DNA of 64,000 nucleotides from Dictyostelium discoideum (Eukaryota): NCBI GenBank assembly GCA_000004695.1, contig CM000151.3, positions 5,504,001 to 5,568,000 of the forward strand, read 5' to 3'. Shown piece by piece: positions 52,999 to 64,000 of this stretch (position 1 is its first letter; each line of letters starts with the position of its first letter). The notes under the pieces were generated by a model. It saw only the letters and a program-made list of their open reading frames with translations, ran no database searches and was not told where the DNA came from. The position numbers and the translations under genes were made by a program.

Positions 52999-53967
52999 TT
53001 TAAAATTAAGTGTGTTAAAGTGTGGGATTTGGGGATATTAAAATTAAAGTAAAAACTTTTTTTTTTTTTTAATGAAACTATAGTAAACTAATATTAGTTT
53101 TAATAATATTTGTTTGTTATGATATTTTTAATATATTTTGAAATGATGATTAATAATTTTTTTTCATTTCTCTATTTATAGTTCCCCATTTATTACACAC
53201 CTAAATTTAGTTAAAAAATGATGTTTATTTGCCATGCTCAATGTATTCTTTGAATAAATTGTATGGTTTAAATTATTATATGGTATTTTGTAAGTAAAAG
53301 TTGATGCAAACAAATTTAATTCAAAATTAAATAAATTTTAAATGACTTTATAAATTTAATAAGATATTTTTTTAAATTTTATTTATAATTTTTTAATGAT
53401 TTCCGAGGTGACAGTTTGGTGATCATTTTATTTTTTTATTTTTTTTTATAAATTAAATATATGTACAACAAGTATAAATTTAATTATTTCATTAATTTTT
53501 TTATATATTATTATATAATTATTTTGTTTATATGATTTACTTGTTAAATTGATTAAAAAATAAAATAAAATAAAATTTTTTTTTTTTTTTTTTTTTTTTT
53601 GGAAAAAACACACTCACACAAGTAAAGATTTTATTTTATTTAATTTTATATTTTTAAAATTAATTTATTTAAATAAATAAAATTAAAAAAAATGTAAAAA
53701 AAAAGGGTGATAATTAATATAGTGTCATTGAATATTTACAAATTTTGAATTGAATGTTGACGAAATAATACTTGTTTCCAAAAGGACCAAAGAAATTATT
53801 TGAATTTATTGTTGGCATCATATCTAAAATATCAAATTGTTTAAAAAACATTGTTGTCGATATTATAAATTTAAATTTAAATTGTCAATTAATAAGAGTG
53901 TGGTGAAAAAGTTTTTATAATTTTTTAATTAAATTGATGTTTTCAATTTGGTTGACCCCATTTGTAT

Positions 53968-54048
53968 ATTGTATGGCACCATTTAATTGGATTTTAAAAA
54001 TCAATATTAGATTGTGTTGAGTTTAACTGTCCGATGGTGCCATACAAT
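53968..54048. repeat. Perfect 15-bp inverted repeat (ATTGTATGGCACCAT ... ATGGTGCCATACAAT) with a 51-nt spacer.
   Basis: Seen directly. The arms are GC-richer than their surroundings. Confidence 0.6.
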
Positions 54049-55640
54049 GATTTTAACAAATTTAAATAAATTTAATTTAGAAAAGATGTTTTTTCAATCA
54101 CTAGATTAATCAATGATATGATGATATCAACAATAATATATAATTCAATTATTCAATTATTAAATTTTTTAATGATGTTATCATTATTTTAATTTAAACT
54201 AATTGCATCATTTATTATAATGATTTCATTTTTTCAAACAAATCAAGAAAGGAAGGTAAATAATGTTGCTAGATATTTTTTATTTGTAAATTATCCCCAT
54301 TTATTAAACAATCATTAAATGATATCATATTTTTATTATTTTTATTATTTTTAAATAAATGACACCATTTTAAAGAGGATTGGATTATTATTATTTGTAA
54401 ATTGTTTTTAAAATCTATTATAAACCAATCCAATGATTAATTGATTATCAATGATAATAAAAAATTAAATAATAGATTATAATCTTTTAGAATTTATTTT
54501 TTATATTTTTATTTTTAATTTTATTATATTCTTTAATATTAATACTATTATTTTTTTTTTTTTTTTTTTTTTGTTAATTTCTTTTTTTTTTTTTTTTTTC
54601 ATTTTCATTTTTCATTTTCATTTTCATTTATCATATTTTCAAAAAATTTATTTAACTAGGTAACATCAATAGTCCATAATATTATTATTTTATATCAATT
54701 AAAAAAATAAAATAGGGAACTATAAAAAACATAAAATTCAATATGTTATAAAATTAAATTAATTTTCATTTCAACCTTCAGTTAATTAAAAATTAATGAT
54801 CACGAATAGTTTGTTTTTTAAAAGATGATAATTATTGGTATAAAAAAAAAAAAATAGGGTGATAAAAAAAAAGAATAAATTAAAAATATGAAAATAGAAA
54901 TTTTTAAAACACAAGATATGTTTTATAAAAATAAAAAAGGAAATATTTCAAAAACTATAACAAAAATGGAATATAAACAATTTCAATAACACATGTGGTA
55001 AAACTATATTTTAAAAAAAATTGGAATATTTTAATTTGTTCAACCACATTGAATTTTCCAGTCATATTAAAAAATAAAAATTATTTTATATGGTTGATTA
55101 TCATTTTAATATTATCTATTTTTAATCAATTTTCAATATCACCCACAAATCAATAAAAAATAAATAAATCAAGTTATAACATAAAATTTTAAAAAAAAAC
55201 AAATAAAATTATACCCTTGATAACATAATAAAACCGAATACTTTCCTTGTTGTTAAATGTGTGTGTGTGTGGGGTATATGTGTGAGTGTGTTAAAGAAAG
55301 TGTGGGAAGGAAAGTGTGGTTATTTACTTTTATTTTATATGATTATTTTATAAAAATCAAATTTAATTCAAAATTAAATAAATTTAAATTGTATTAGATA
55401 TGTTGTCAACACCCATTTTACAAATTATCAAATGAAATTAAAGAGGTATTAAAGCGTCATTTCGAAAATCCAATAAACAACAATATAAATAGAGAATTTA
55501 ATATTTTTTTTAATCATTCAATTCAAAAACAATTAAATAAAAACATTAAAAAAAAACTATAGTTTTTTAAAAAATTATTTATTACATTATTTATTTAAAT
55601 AAAAACTTTCATTGTCAAATTTTTAAAATATTAAAATAAA

Positions 55641-55920
55641 ATGTTATTCAGTATGTGTTCTTTTTATTTGAAAATAAAATAAATTAAAATAAAATTAAAT
55701 AAAATATTAACATCTTTTTTTTTTTTCTAAAGAATCATTAAATCAATTATTCAACTCTTCATTATCATCAATGAATTCATCATCAGTTGTAAATTCATCA
55801 TCAACATTAAATGTTTCATTTGATTTAAATTCCATTCAAGGTACAAATAAATATTATAACAGTATTTTTACTCGTCCACAAATGTATCAATGTTTAAAAC
55901 ATATATATATTAATATATAA
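55641..55920 (+). CDS. Candidate micro-gene, copy 1, 65 aa. Two exons: 55641..55650 and 55733..55920.
   Basis: The start context is AAAATG. Exon 1 is ATGTTATTCA, with donor GTATGT. The intron is 82 nt with a polypyrimidine tract and acceptor CTAAAG. The product is MLFKSLNQLFNSSLSSMNSSSVVNSSSTLNVSFDLNSIQGTNKYYNSIFTRPQMYQCLKHIYINI*. A poly-A-rich 3' flank follows. Confidence 0.4.
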
Positions 55921-56909
55921 TTAAAAAAAAAAAAAAAAAAAATTAAAAAATTAACACTTGGTCGACTTAAACAAAACTGTATAACTTTATAAATAAAAAA
56001 AATTAATTTATTAAAAAAAAAAAAAAAAAAAAAAAACTATATTTATTTATTCTTTTAATTATTTTTCTTTTTTAAAAATTAAAAAAAAAAAAAGAAATTA
56101 TTATTTGAAATTATATTGTGTCTTTGTTAATCAATGAAAATAAATCATAACTTAATTTGGAGCTAATTAATGCTTTCTTATATTAAAATTCATTTCTTAT
56201 TTTTTATATTCATAACGTTTCTCAAAATCATTAGCATTATTTGAAATAAAATTTTAAATAAAAAATATGGCACATTATAAAAAAAAAAAAAAGTTAAATT
56301 GTTTTATTATAATTATTATTAGTTCATTCCAAATTCTAAAATGATAATTATAAAAAAAAATATATATATATGTTTATAAAATAAAAACCAGGAATAAAAA
56401 AAAATGATGAATTTCAGAGTAAAACCTATTTTTAACTGACTACACCATAAATAATAATATATAAAACTTGTGATATTTTGAATAAAACCGAAAACATTCC
56501 TTGTGATGTCTTTATTTTTTGTGTGAGTGTGTTAAAGAAAGTGTGGGAAGGAAAGTGTGGTTATTTACTTTTATTTTATATGATTATTTTATAAAAATCA
56601 AATTTAATTCAAAATTAAATAAATTTAAATTGTTTTAGATATGTTGTCAACACCCATTTTACAAATTAATAATTATAATCAAAGAGGTTTAATAAGTGTC
56701 ATTTCAAAAATCAATAAACAATAATATAAATAGAGAAATTAATTTTTTATTTTAATCATTCAATTCAAAAACAATTAAATATTAAACAACTAAAAACAAA
56801 AAAAACTATATTTATTTATTTATTTATTTATCTTTTTTAATAAAAAAAAAAAATTTCATTGACAAATTAATTAATTAATTTTAAAAACAAAAAAATAAAA
56901 AATTATAAA

Positions 56910-57178
56910 ATGTTATTCAGTATGTATTAATATATTTTTTAAAAATAATTAAAAAAATAAAAAAATAAAATATTAACATTTTTTTTTTTTTTTTCTTTTT
57001 TATAGAATCATTAAATCAATTATTCAACTCTTCATCATCATCATCAATGAATTCATCATCAGTTGTAAATTCATCATCATCATCAACATTAAATGTTTCA
57101 TTTGATTTAAATACCATTCAAGGTACAAATAAATATTATAACAGTATTTTTACTCGTCCACAAATGTATCAATGTTAA
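56910..57178 (+). CDS. Candidate micro-gene, copy 2, 60 aa. Two exons: 56910..56919 and 57006..57178.
   Basis: It has the same 10-nt exon 1 and GTATGT donor. The acceptor is TTATAG at 57004-5. The product is MLFKSLNQLFNSSSSSSMNSSSVVNSSSSSTLNVSFDLNTIQGTNKYYNSIFTRPQMYQC*. A 1-nt deletion relative to copy 1 moves the stop to directly after Cys. Two in-frame Ser-codon insertions preserve the frame. Confidence 0.4.
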
Positions 57179-57390
57179 AAACATATATATAAATATATAA
57201 CTATAAAAAAAAAAAAAAAAAAAAGAAAAAATAACACTTGGTCGACTAAAACTGTACATATATTAAATTAATAAAATTATTTAAAAACTATACTTTAAAT
57301 TCTTTTCTTCTTCTTTTTGATATTTTTTAATTTTAATTTTTTCATTTTTTTTTATTATTACTTTTTTTTTTTTTATTTTATATAAATTAT

Positions 57391-57996
57391 TTAAAAACCT
57401 AAACCTCTTAACCAAGTTAAAACTGTTTTACCATGATTACCTTGGATACGAATACAAGAATCACGTTTGCTAACATTTGATCTTCCAAAAATACATCCAA
57501 GCTCTTTTACTATAACCTATAGGTTGTTGTTGTTGTTGTTGTTATTGTTGGTTTGGGTGTGTTAATTAACATATATATATATATATAGATATATATATGA
57601 TTTAAAAAAAAAGAATCAAAACAAACTTACATCTGAATCACCTTGATAACCTTTTAAAATTGTATAGACAACACTATGGCCTCTTAAAATATCTGTATAA
57701 ATTGGTAATTTATCATTTTTAGTTCTATTTACAATGAATGGAATATCTGGATGTGTAAGTTCAGATGATTTTGGTCCATATAATACATCTGATGTAATTG
57801 GTTGAATTGGATATTGTAATGGATTGGTTAACTTGATTTCAAATAATTTATTTTCTCTTGGTGGGATCACTTGTTTTTCATTGTCTGGATTTCGAATGAG
57901 TCTATGTTTTGATACATGACTTGTATATGATCTAAACATCATTTGTGTTGTTTTTGAAACATTGTTAATATTTAATGAAATTAAATTTCTTAACAT
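57391..57996 (-). CDS. Mitochondrial ribosomal protein L49 / Img2-like, about 163 aa. Two exons: 57996..57631 and 57516..57391.
   Basis: Exon 1 ends ...IVNRTKNDKLPIYTDILRGHSVVYTILKGYQGD(SD), matching the Img2 motif (R.K.GNLPVY.D...G..V.T.IRKIEGD). The donor is GTAAGT at 57630, phase 0. Exon 2 reads VIVKELGCIFGRSNVSKRDSCIRIQGNHGKTVLTWLRGLGF*, matching the Img2 C-terminus (...IkG.H...v..WL...GF). The N-terminus is basic, as in a presequence. Confidence 0.6.
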
Positions 57997-58179
57997 TTCT
58001 TCCTTTTTTTATTATATCCTCAAAATAATAATATTATAAAATATGATAAAAAATAAAAAATAAAAAATGAAACGAAAAAAAAAAAATAAAAATAAAAAAA
58101 AAAAATAAAAAAAAAAAAAGTAAAAAAAATGAAAATGAAAAAAATTTTTTTTTTTTTTGATCATTTTTTGTCGAGCCAC

Positions 58180-58226
<47 letters not shown>

Positions 58227-58776
58227 TAAAAATAAAAACAATAATGGATTAGTAATAAAATCAAAAATGGCAAATAATAATAAAAAACAATAATGAATTA
58301 AAATAATTTTGATACTTACACAATAATAATCATGATTTTAAAAGAAGTTCAATATTTTCTAAATTTAGACTAAAAATCATTTTACAAAAAAAAAAAATAA
58401 AAAAAAAAAATAAAAAAAAAAAAGAAAATAATAGAGATCTCAATTTAGTAATCTCAGCCCATTTTTTTTTTTTTTTTTTAAATCCCAAAAAAAAAAAAAA
58501 AAAAAAAAAAAAATTTAATAAAAAAAAAATAAAATAAAAATAAAAATAAAATAAAAAAAAAAATTATTTTTTAATATTAAAAAATTTTAATTTTAATTTA
58601 ATTTAATTTTTATATTTTTTTTTTTTTTTTTAATTATTATTTTTTTTTTTTTTTATTATTATTTTTTTTTAAATTTTATATTTAAATAAACACACATACC
58701 TATGTTAGTAATCACCATAAATAATAATAATAAAACAATAAATAATTAAAAAAAATAAAAAAATAAAAAAAAATTT

Positions 58777-58975
58777 ATGGACGAACATAATAATAGTAGT
58801 ACCATTATTATCAGCAATAATGTTTCACAAGATAGAATTGAAACATCACAAGAAAGAAGAAGTAGTAGAAGAAGAGTAATTTTAAATAGTAACAACAATG
58901 AAATTTTCAGTCACCAAGAGGATTTGAGTACTCAACAAGGAGAATATATATTGGATTCATCTTTTAGAAACAGGG

Positions 58976-59057
<82 letters not shown>

Positions 59058-60858
59058 AACAACTCTATCACTATTAATTCAACGTAGTAGTGGTGTCAAT
59101 GGGATATATGTTGATGCAACAATGGATGAAAATAGTGATGAAGAAAAAGAAGAGTTAAGTGAAGGAGACCAATTAATAAACTTTGAAGATGTATCATATA
59201 ATGAAGAAGTATTAGAGGATGATCATCAAATTCAACTCCAACTACAACTACATGATGGTGGTGAAGAACCTGAATATGAGGAATTCTTCATGGAATACGA
59301 TGAAGAACAAGAAGAACAACAAGAAGAAGAAGAAGAAGAAGAAGAAGAACAACAACAACAAGAAGAAGGGGGTGATGATAATCAATATGATGCTGAATTT
59401 AGTATTGAAGTTGATGTAGAATTAAATAATTTTAATGATCAATATGATGAAGGTGCAATGGAAAATGGTGAACGTAGAAATAGATTAATAATAATTCATA
59501 ACCATATACATGAAGTTAGTGATGATGATGATGACGACGATGATGATAATAATAATAATGAAGGTGACCAAGTTATAGAATATTATCAAGGTGGTGGTGG
59601 TGAAGAAGAGGAAGAGGAAGGAGATAGCAATGGTGAAGGTGAAGGTGAGGGTGAAGAATATCAACCTCAAGAGGGTGAGAGTGAAGAAGATTATGAAGAA
59701 GATTTTTATATTGAACATGATGATTATGATCATGACATTGAAATACATGAAGAGGAGCAAGAGGAAGTTGATGAGGAGTTACAAGAAGAGGGAGAGGAAG
59801 AAGAAGAAGAAGAAGAGGTAGAAGAGGAAGACGCTCAAGAGGAACAAGAAGATAATGCAAATGAAGGAGAAGAAGAGGAAGAAGAATTTGAAGATATAGA
59901 TGAATCAAACCAACATGTAGATTCAAATATTGAAGTTGATGATGAAGATGCTCATGTCAATATTGATGGTGATGATGATGATGATGACGAAGATGATATT
60001 CCCACTGTCAATAATAGCAGAAACGAAGATAGTTATTGGACATACGGAGATTTAACATCTGAAGATAATGGTGTGTCAACATCAAGAAGACGACTCTTTA
60101 GACGCGGTGTAAGTTTACATCCATCTATTGGTTATGATGTGGAACTTTCTGAAATTTTAAGATATAGAGATCAACAAGAACTTTATGAAAATAGCAATAA
60201 TAATGGTGGTAGTAGTAGTAGAAGAAGTAGAGGAAGTAGTAGCAATAGCAGTAGTAGTAGTAGTAGATATGCAAGAGATCCTGAACTTCAATATGTTTAT
60301 GAACATCCAGTTTCAGAACAATTTGGATATATAGGATGGTTTTTATATAATAATTTTCAAAAGAGTGGATTACTTAGAGTTGATTCAGGTCCAAAGTTTT
60401 TATCACAGGTTTTAAATTTCTACCTAACACTATTGGAACAACAAAAAACATATACCTTTGAAAATCAAAAGAAATTGGAAGCATTTATAAGTTGTTTTTT
60501 AAATATAGCCGAAACAAATAAATTACTTGGTATAAGGTTATCAACAAAAGAACTCATTCCCATTAAATTCACATTGGATATCATTGAACATCATTTCAAA
60601 TCAAATGATTCCCCTTTGTTTAAACATTACATTGAACATGTATTACCAGTGTCCGAATTATTTTATAGTAAAATCACAAATGATAAATTGGCAATCATCA
60701 ATAAACGATTGGTATCCGCTTTATCCTCTGCTGAAAACTATTCATCCGTAATTAACATTCACGATAAGCGATCACAATATTTTGAATATTTCAGAAAACA
60801 ATTATGGTCAATTCGAAATCAAAATGACTTAAATACATTATCATCATATTATAAATAA
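58777..60858 (+). CDS. Hypothetical 693-aa, highly acidic (poly-E/D, poly-N) protein with a conserved-looking non-repetitive C-terminal domain of about 200 aa.
   Basis: A single ORF. The C-terminal region FGYIGWFLYNNFQKSGLLRVDSGPKFLSQVLNFYLTLLEQQ...KRLVSALSSAENY is non-low-complexity. I recognise no homology. Confidence 0.5.
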
Positions 60859-60884
60859 AATTAAATAAAATTAATAAAATTAAA

Positions 60885-60898
<14 letters not shown>

Positions 60899-60980
<82 letters not shown>
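60899..60980. repeat. (ATA)n microsatellite of about 27 units, 3' of the acidic-protein gene.
   Basis: A pure trinucleotide run. Confidence 0.9.
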
Positions 60981-60981
<1 letters not shown>

Positions 60982-61233
60982 TAATAATAATAAAAATATT
61001 TAACTAATATTAATAAAAAATATTAAGATTAAAATTACTTGTAAATAAAATTGAAACTAATTATTTTTTAATTATTTATTTATTTTTTTTTATTTTATTT
61101 TTTTTTTATTTTTTTATTTTATTTTATTTCTTATACAAGAATCACTTTCAATTTCCGAGCATTTTTTGAATTTTTGGGTGTGTCATCACACTTTTTTTTT
61201 TTGATAGAAATTTTAAAAACGAAAATTCTAATT

Positions 61234-61266
<33 letters not shown>

Positions 61267-61700
61267 TTTTTTATTTTTTTTTATTATTTTTTATTTTTTT
61301 ATTTTTTTTTTTTTTTTTTGATGTCATTATCAAAAATTATTTAAATATCATCATTACTCTTTTCAGGGTTATAGTTGTGTTTTTATTTCATTTTTTTTAT
61401 TTTTTTATTTTTTTATTTTTTTTTTTATTTTTAAATATTTTTTATTTTTTTTTTTATTTTTTTATTTTTTTCATTTTTTTTTTATTTTATTTTTCATATT
61501 TTTTTTCTTCTGTTGTAAATAAAATAATATCTTAATAAAACTGCAATAATATCTTTTTTTTTTTTTTTTTTTTTTGTACAAGTATTGTTTTTTGTTTTAA
61601 AAAAAAAAAAAAAAAAAAAAATTTAGTTTCGAAAACAAAATAAAACAGAAAAAAAAAAAAAAAAAAAAAAGTTATTGTCCATCTATAGTTTTATTATAGA

Positions 61701-63059
61701 ATGACGTTAAAAATAAACAAAGCAGATGAAAGAACTCATTTGTTAGGGTAAGTTATAAATAAATAATAAATCTTTAATTATACATAATCACGATTTATTT
61801 ACTTATATATTTTTTTTTTTAAAAATTATATACTTATAAAAAAAAAGTAATAATCCATCACAATCAACAGTTAATATAATCCAAGATATAAAAAATGAAG
61901 TTGATGAAGTAGATGATAATGGATCATCATCAATATCAATGGTCAATCCATTAAGAGAATCAATGGAAACAATTGAAAGAGCAACAGAATTAGAATTGTA
62001 TGTACACACATTTTATTTTATAAAAATTAAATATACATGTATAATATATATATATATATTAATAGTTTTTATTTTTTATATATAGTACATATTGGATTAT
62101 GAAAAAAAGACAATGGTCAAGAATTCAAAGAGGTACATTTACGAACGAAAAGAGAGGATTTTCAATATTATGGTTTTTATTTTTTATGATTGTTTATGGT
62201 GTTTATTTATTCTTACAAATTTATCATTTTGAAAGAATTGATGGATATATATTAGAGTTTATATTGATGGGATTCATATCATTTTCATTGGGATTATTAG
62301 TACCACGTTTTGCGATAATAGTACGTATTGTGTTTTTAGAGGTATATTCAACATTGTACCTATTCTTCATATTCAATCTATACTATGAAAAACAGTATTA
62401 TATACCATTGATATCATTGGGAAGTGGGGTGTTGGTATTCTCGATTATATGTTTCTTTGTCTATCCATATATTATGCGTTGTATATTCTCGATTACAGGT
62501 GCAATCACATTAAATGTCGATAAAGATCAATGGGTACGTGGTGAATCAAATAGATTTACAATTAAACAAAAGAATCTATTCCAAAAACCTTCAACTTGTA
62601 TTTACGAAGGACCCCTATTGGATGGTCGTCCACATGGTATTGGAACTTGGATGGATACTTCATATCAAGGTGAATTGTTAACTGGTTTCTGGGAAGATGG
62701 TATACCATTGGGTCCTTTTGAATCAATGGAAAATGATACTCGTTCACTTTTAGTCAATCTTCGTATTATCTATGGTACAAATGGTGGTGGTAAAAGTTGG
62801 CTAGATAGAATTCCCCTAAACATTGGTGTTGCCTCAATTGAATGTTGTGTATCTGGTAACTTTTTCAAAGGATATCCAAAAGTTTCAATGATTAAAGGTC
62901 CTGATCTTTGTAAATGTCAAAATCGTTGTACTTGTATTCAATCACTTTTAGATAAGAAATATTATAGACATATTGATGATGATAAAACAATTGTAATTAT
63001 TTATTTATTTATTATTTATATAAATAGACATATATATATATATATTAATTTACTAATAT

Positions 63060-63110
<51 letters not shown>

Positions 63111-64000
63111 TTATAAATAGACATCAATTGTAGTTTCATTAGATAAGAAAATGGATGCATTAGCAATTTCAGGTTTTAAACCATTACATCCAAAAAATAA
63201 AACAGTTTCAATTGAAATTGGTAGACAAGAAAATGTTCAAAAATTAATTGTTGATAATAATTGGATTTCAAGTCAATCTAATGAAGGTATTTTATTCATT
63301 CATGGTTATGATCACGATTTAAAAGATGCTTTAAAAAGATTTGCTCAATTTTTAGCATTAGGTCATTTCCCAAATTATATTAAACCATTGTGAGTATTTT
63401 TTTTTTTTTTTTTTTCAAAAAAAATATAATAGTAATAATAATTTTAAATATTAATTATTTTATTATTTTTATTTTTTATTTTTTTCAGTGTATTTAATTG
63501 GCCATCATCAACAAGTCCATTATTATATTGGTGTGCACATTCAGTTGCATCAGATAATGATAATCATAGAGATCTTCAAAAGTTTATTGAAAGTTTAGGA
63601 CAAAGTGGTATTAGAAATTTACATATAATGTGTCATTCTATGGGAACACGTTTCTTTTTAAGATCATTTAGTAAAATTAAAAAAGCCTTTGCAAAAAGAA
63701 AACCAATTGTATATAGTAGTAGTAATAATAATAATAGTAATAATAATGAAAATTTTAATAATAATAATAATAATAATGATATAAGTAGTAGTAGTAATAG
63801 TGGATTTGTTCAACAACCTGAACAAGATAAATCACTTAAATATATAAATAAAATCAATTTAACCAATTTAATATTTTTAAATCCAGATTACGAAATCAAT
63901 ACATTTAAAAATGATTATGGTGAATTAAGAAATTATTGTCCAAGAATTACAGTTTATGCAGATCACAGAGATGAAGCAATTAAAATGGCATTTAGAATCA
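61701..64000 (+). CDS. Multi-exon gene, partial, running off the window end. It encodes a polytopic membrane region plus a MORN-like repeat, fused to a DUF900-type alpha/beta hydrolase domain. Exons: 61701..61747, 61848..61997, 62086..62992, 63121..63389, 63489..>64000.
   Basis: Exon 1 reads MTLKINKADERTHLL(G), with donor GTAAGT. Exon 2 ends ...ATELE at donor GTATGT. Exon 3 carries the TM helices (ILWFLFFMIVYGVYLFLQIY..., LGLLVPRFAIIVRIVFLEV...) and GPLLDGRPHGIGTWMDTSYQGELLTGFWEDGIPLGPF (MORN-like), and ends at donor GTAATT at 62993. Exon 4 reads ...GILFIHGYDHDLKDALKRFAQFLALGHFPNYIKP, with donor GTGAGT. Exon 5 reads (F)VFNWPSS...NLHIMCHSMGTRFFLRSF..., with a GxSxG-like nucleophile elbow HSMG, and continues ...ITVYADHRDEAIKMAF. 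This matches the PF05990/DUF900 layout (HGYN...FSWPS...AHSMG...D.AL). All phases are consistent. Confidence 0.6.

Larger units (their letters stand above)
55260..57260. repeat. About 1.25 kb tandem segmental duplication. Copy 1 is about 55260..55990 and copy 2 about 56500..57260. Each carries a conserved G/T-rich upstream element plus one micro-gene.
   Basis: Near-identical blocks are shared: GTGTGAGTGTGTTAAAGAAAGTGTGGGAAGGAAAGTGTGGTTATTTAC...CAAATTTAATTCAAAATTAAATAAATTTAAATTGT.TTAGATATGTTGTCAACACCCATTTTACAAATTA at 55276 and 56521. The micro-gene exons and the 3' flank AACACTTGGTCGAC are also shared. Confidence 0.7.

Overview
This window is nuclear DNA with the hallmarks of Dictyostelium discoideum: extreme AT-richness, (CAA)n/(AAT)n tracts coding poly-Q/poly-N, short AT-rich introns with GTAAGT donors and AG acceptors, and AAAATG start contexts. 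It is a gene-dense chromosomal stretch, not a prokaryotic or mobile-element island. Most calls below come from homology recognised by eye plus splice sites that keep reading frames open; none was verified by database search.

Genes I can support, in order:
- A MutS homolog (MSH2) in three exons on the minus strand.
- An S-adenosylmethionine decarboxylase proenzyme.
- An ArfGAP protein in two exons.
- An ESCRT-III CHMP4/Snf7 subunit in three exons.
- A Mrs2/CorA-type Mg2+ transporter with a GMN motif.
- A sedolisin/tripeptidyl-peptidase I in three exons.
- A lipoxygenase-like protein in three exons.
- An Nramp divalent-metal transporter.
- A cluster of six HssA/B-like (hssl) small Gly/Ser-rich genes, one of them truncated, flanking a large K/E-rich minus-strand gene.
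- A helical-repeat protein with a 64-residue pure poly-Q.
- A ZNF598/Hel2-type RING-C2H2 E3 ligase.
- A PEBP-family protein in two exons.
- A BBE-like FAD oxidoreductase in two exons.
- A mitochondrial ribosomal L49/Img2-like protein in two exons.
- An acidic unknown protein.
- A partial gene encoding a membrane/MORN-like protein fused to a DUF900-type alpha/beta hydrolase.
- Several unidentified ORFs.

The most novel-looking signal is at 52.7–57.3 kb, where the ORF track is empty. There I find three paralogous two-exon micro-genes of 53–65 aa. Each has an identical 10-nt first exon (ATGTTATTCA) followed by a GTATGT intron. Two copies lie in a ~1.25 kb tandem duplication and one is inverted. 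Exons are conserved far better than introns.

Other points worth a second look:
- Palindromic tandem repeats in a bidirectional promoter.
- ~60-bp tandem repeats upstream of the sedolisin gene.
- A GC-richer non-coding island upstream of the SAM decarboxylase gene.
- Multiple very long pure trinucleotide arrays.
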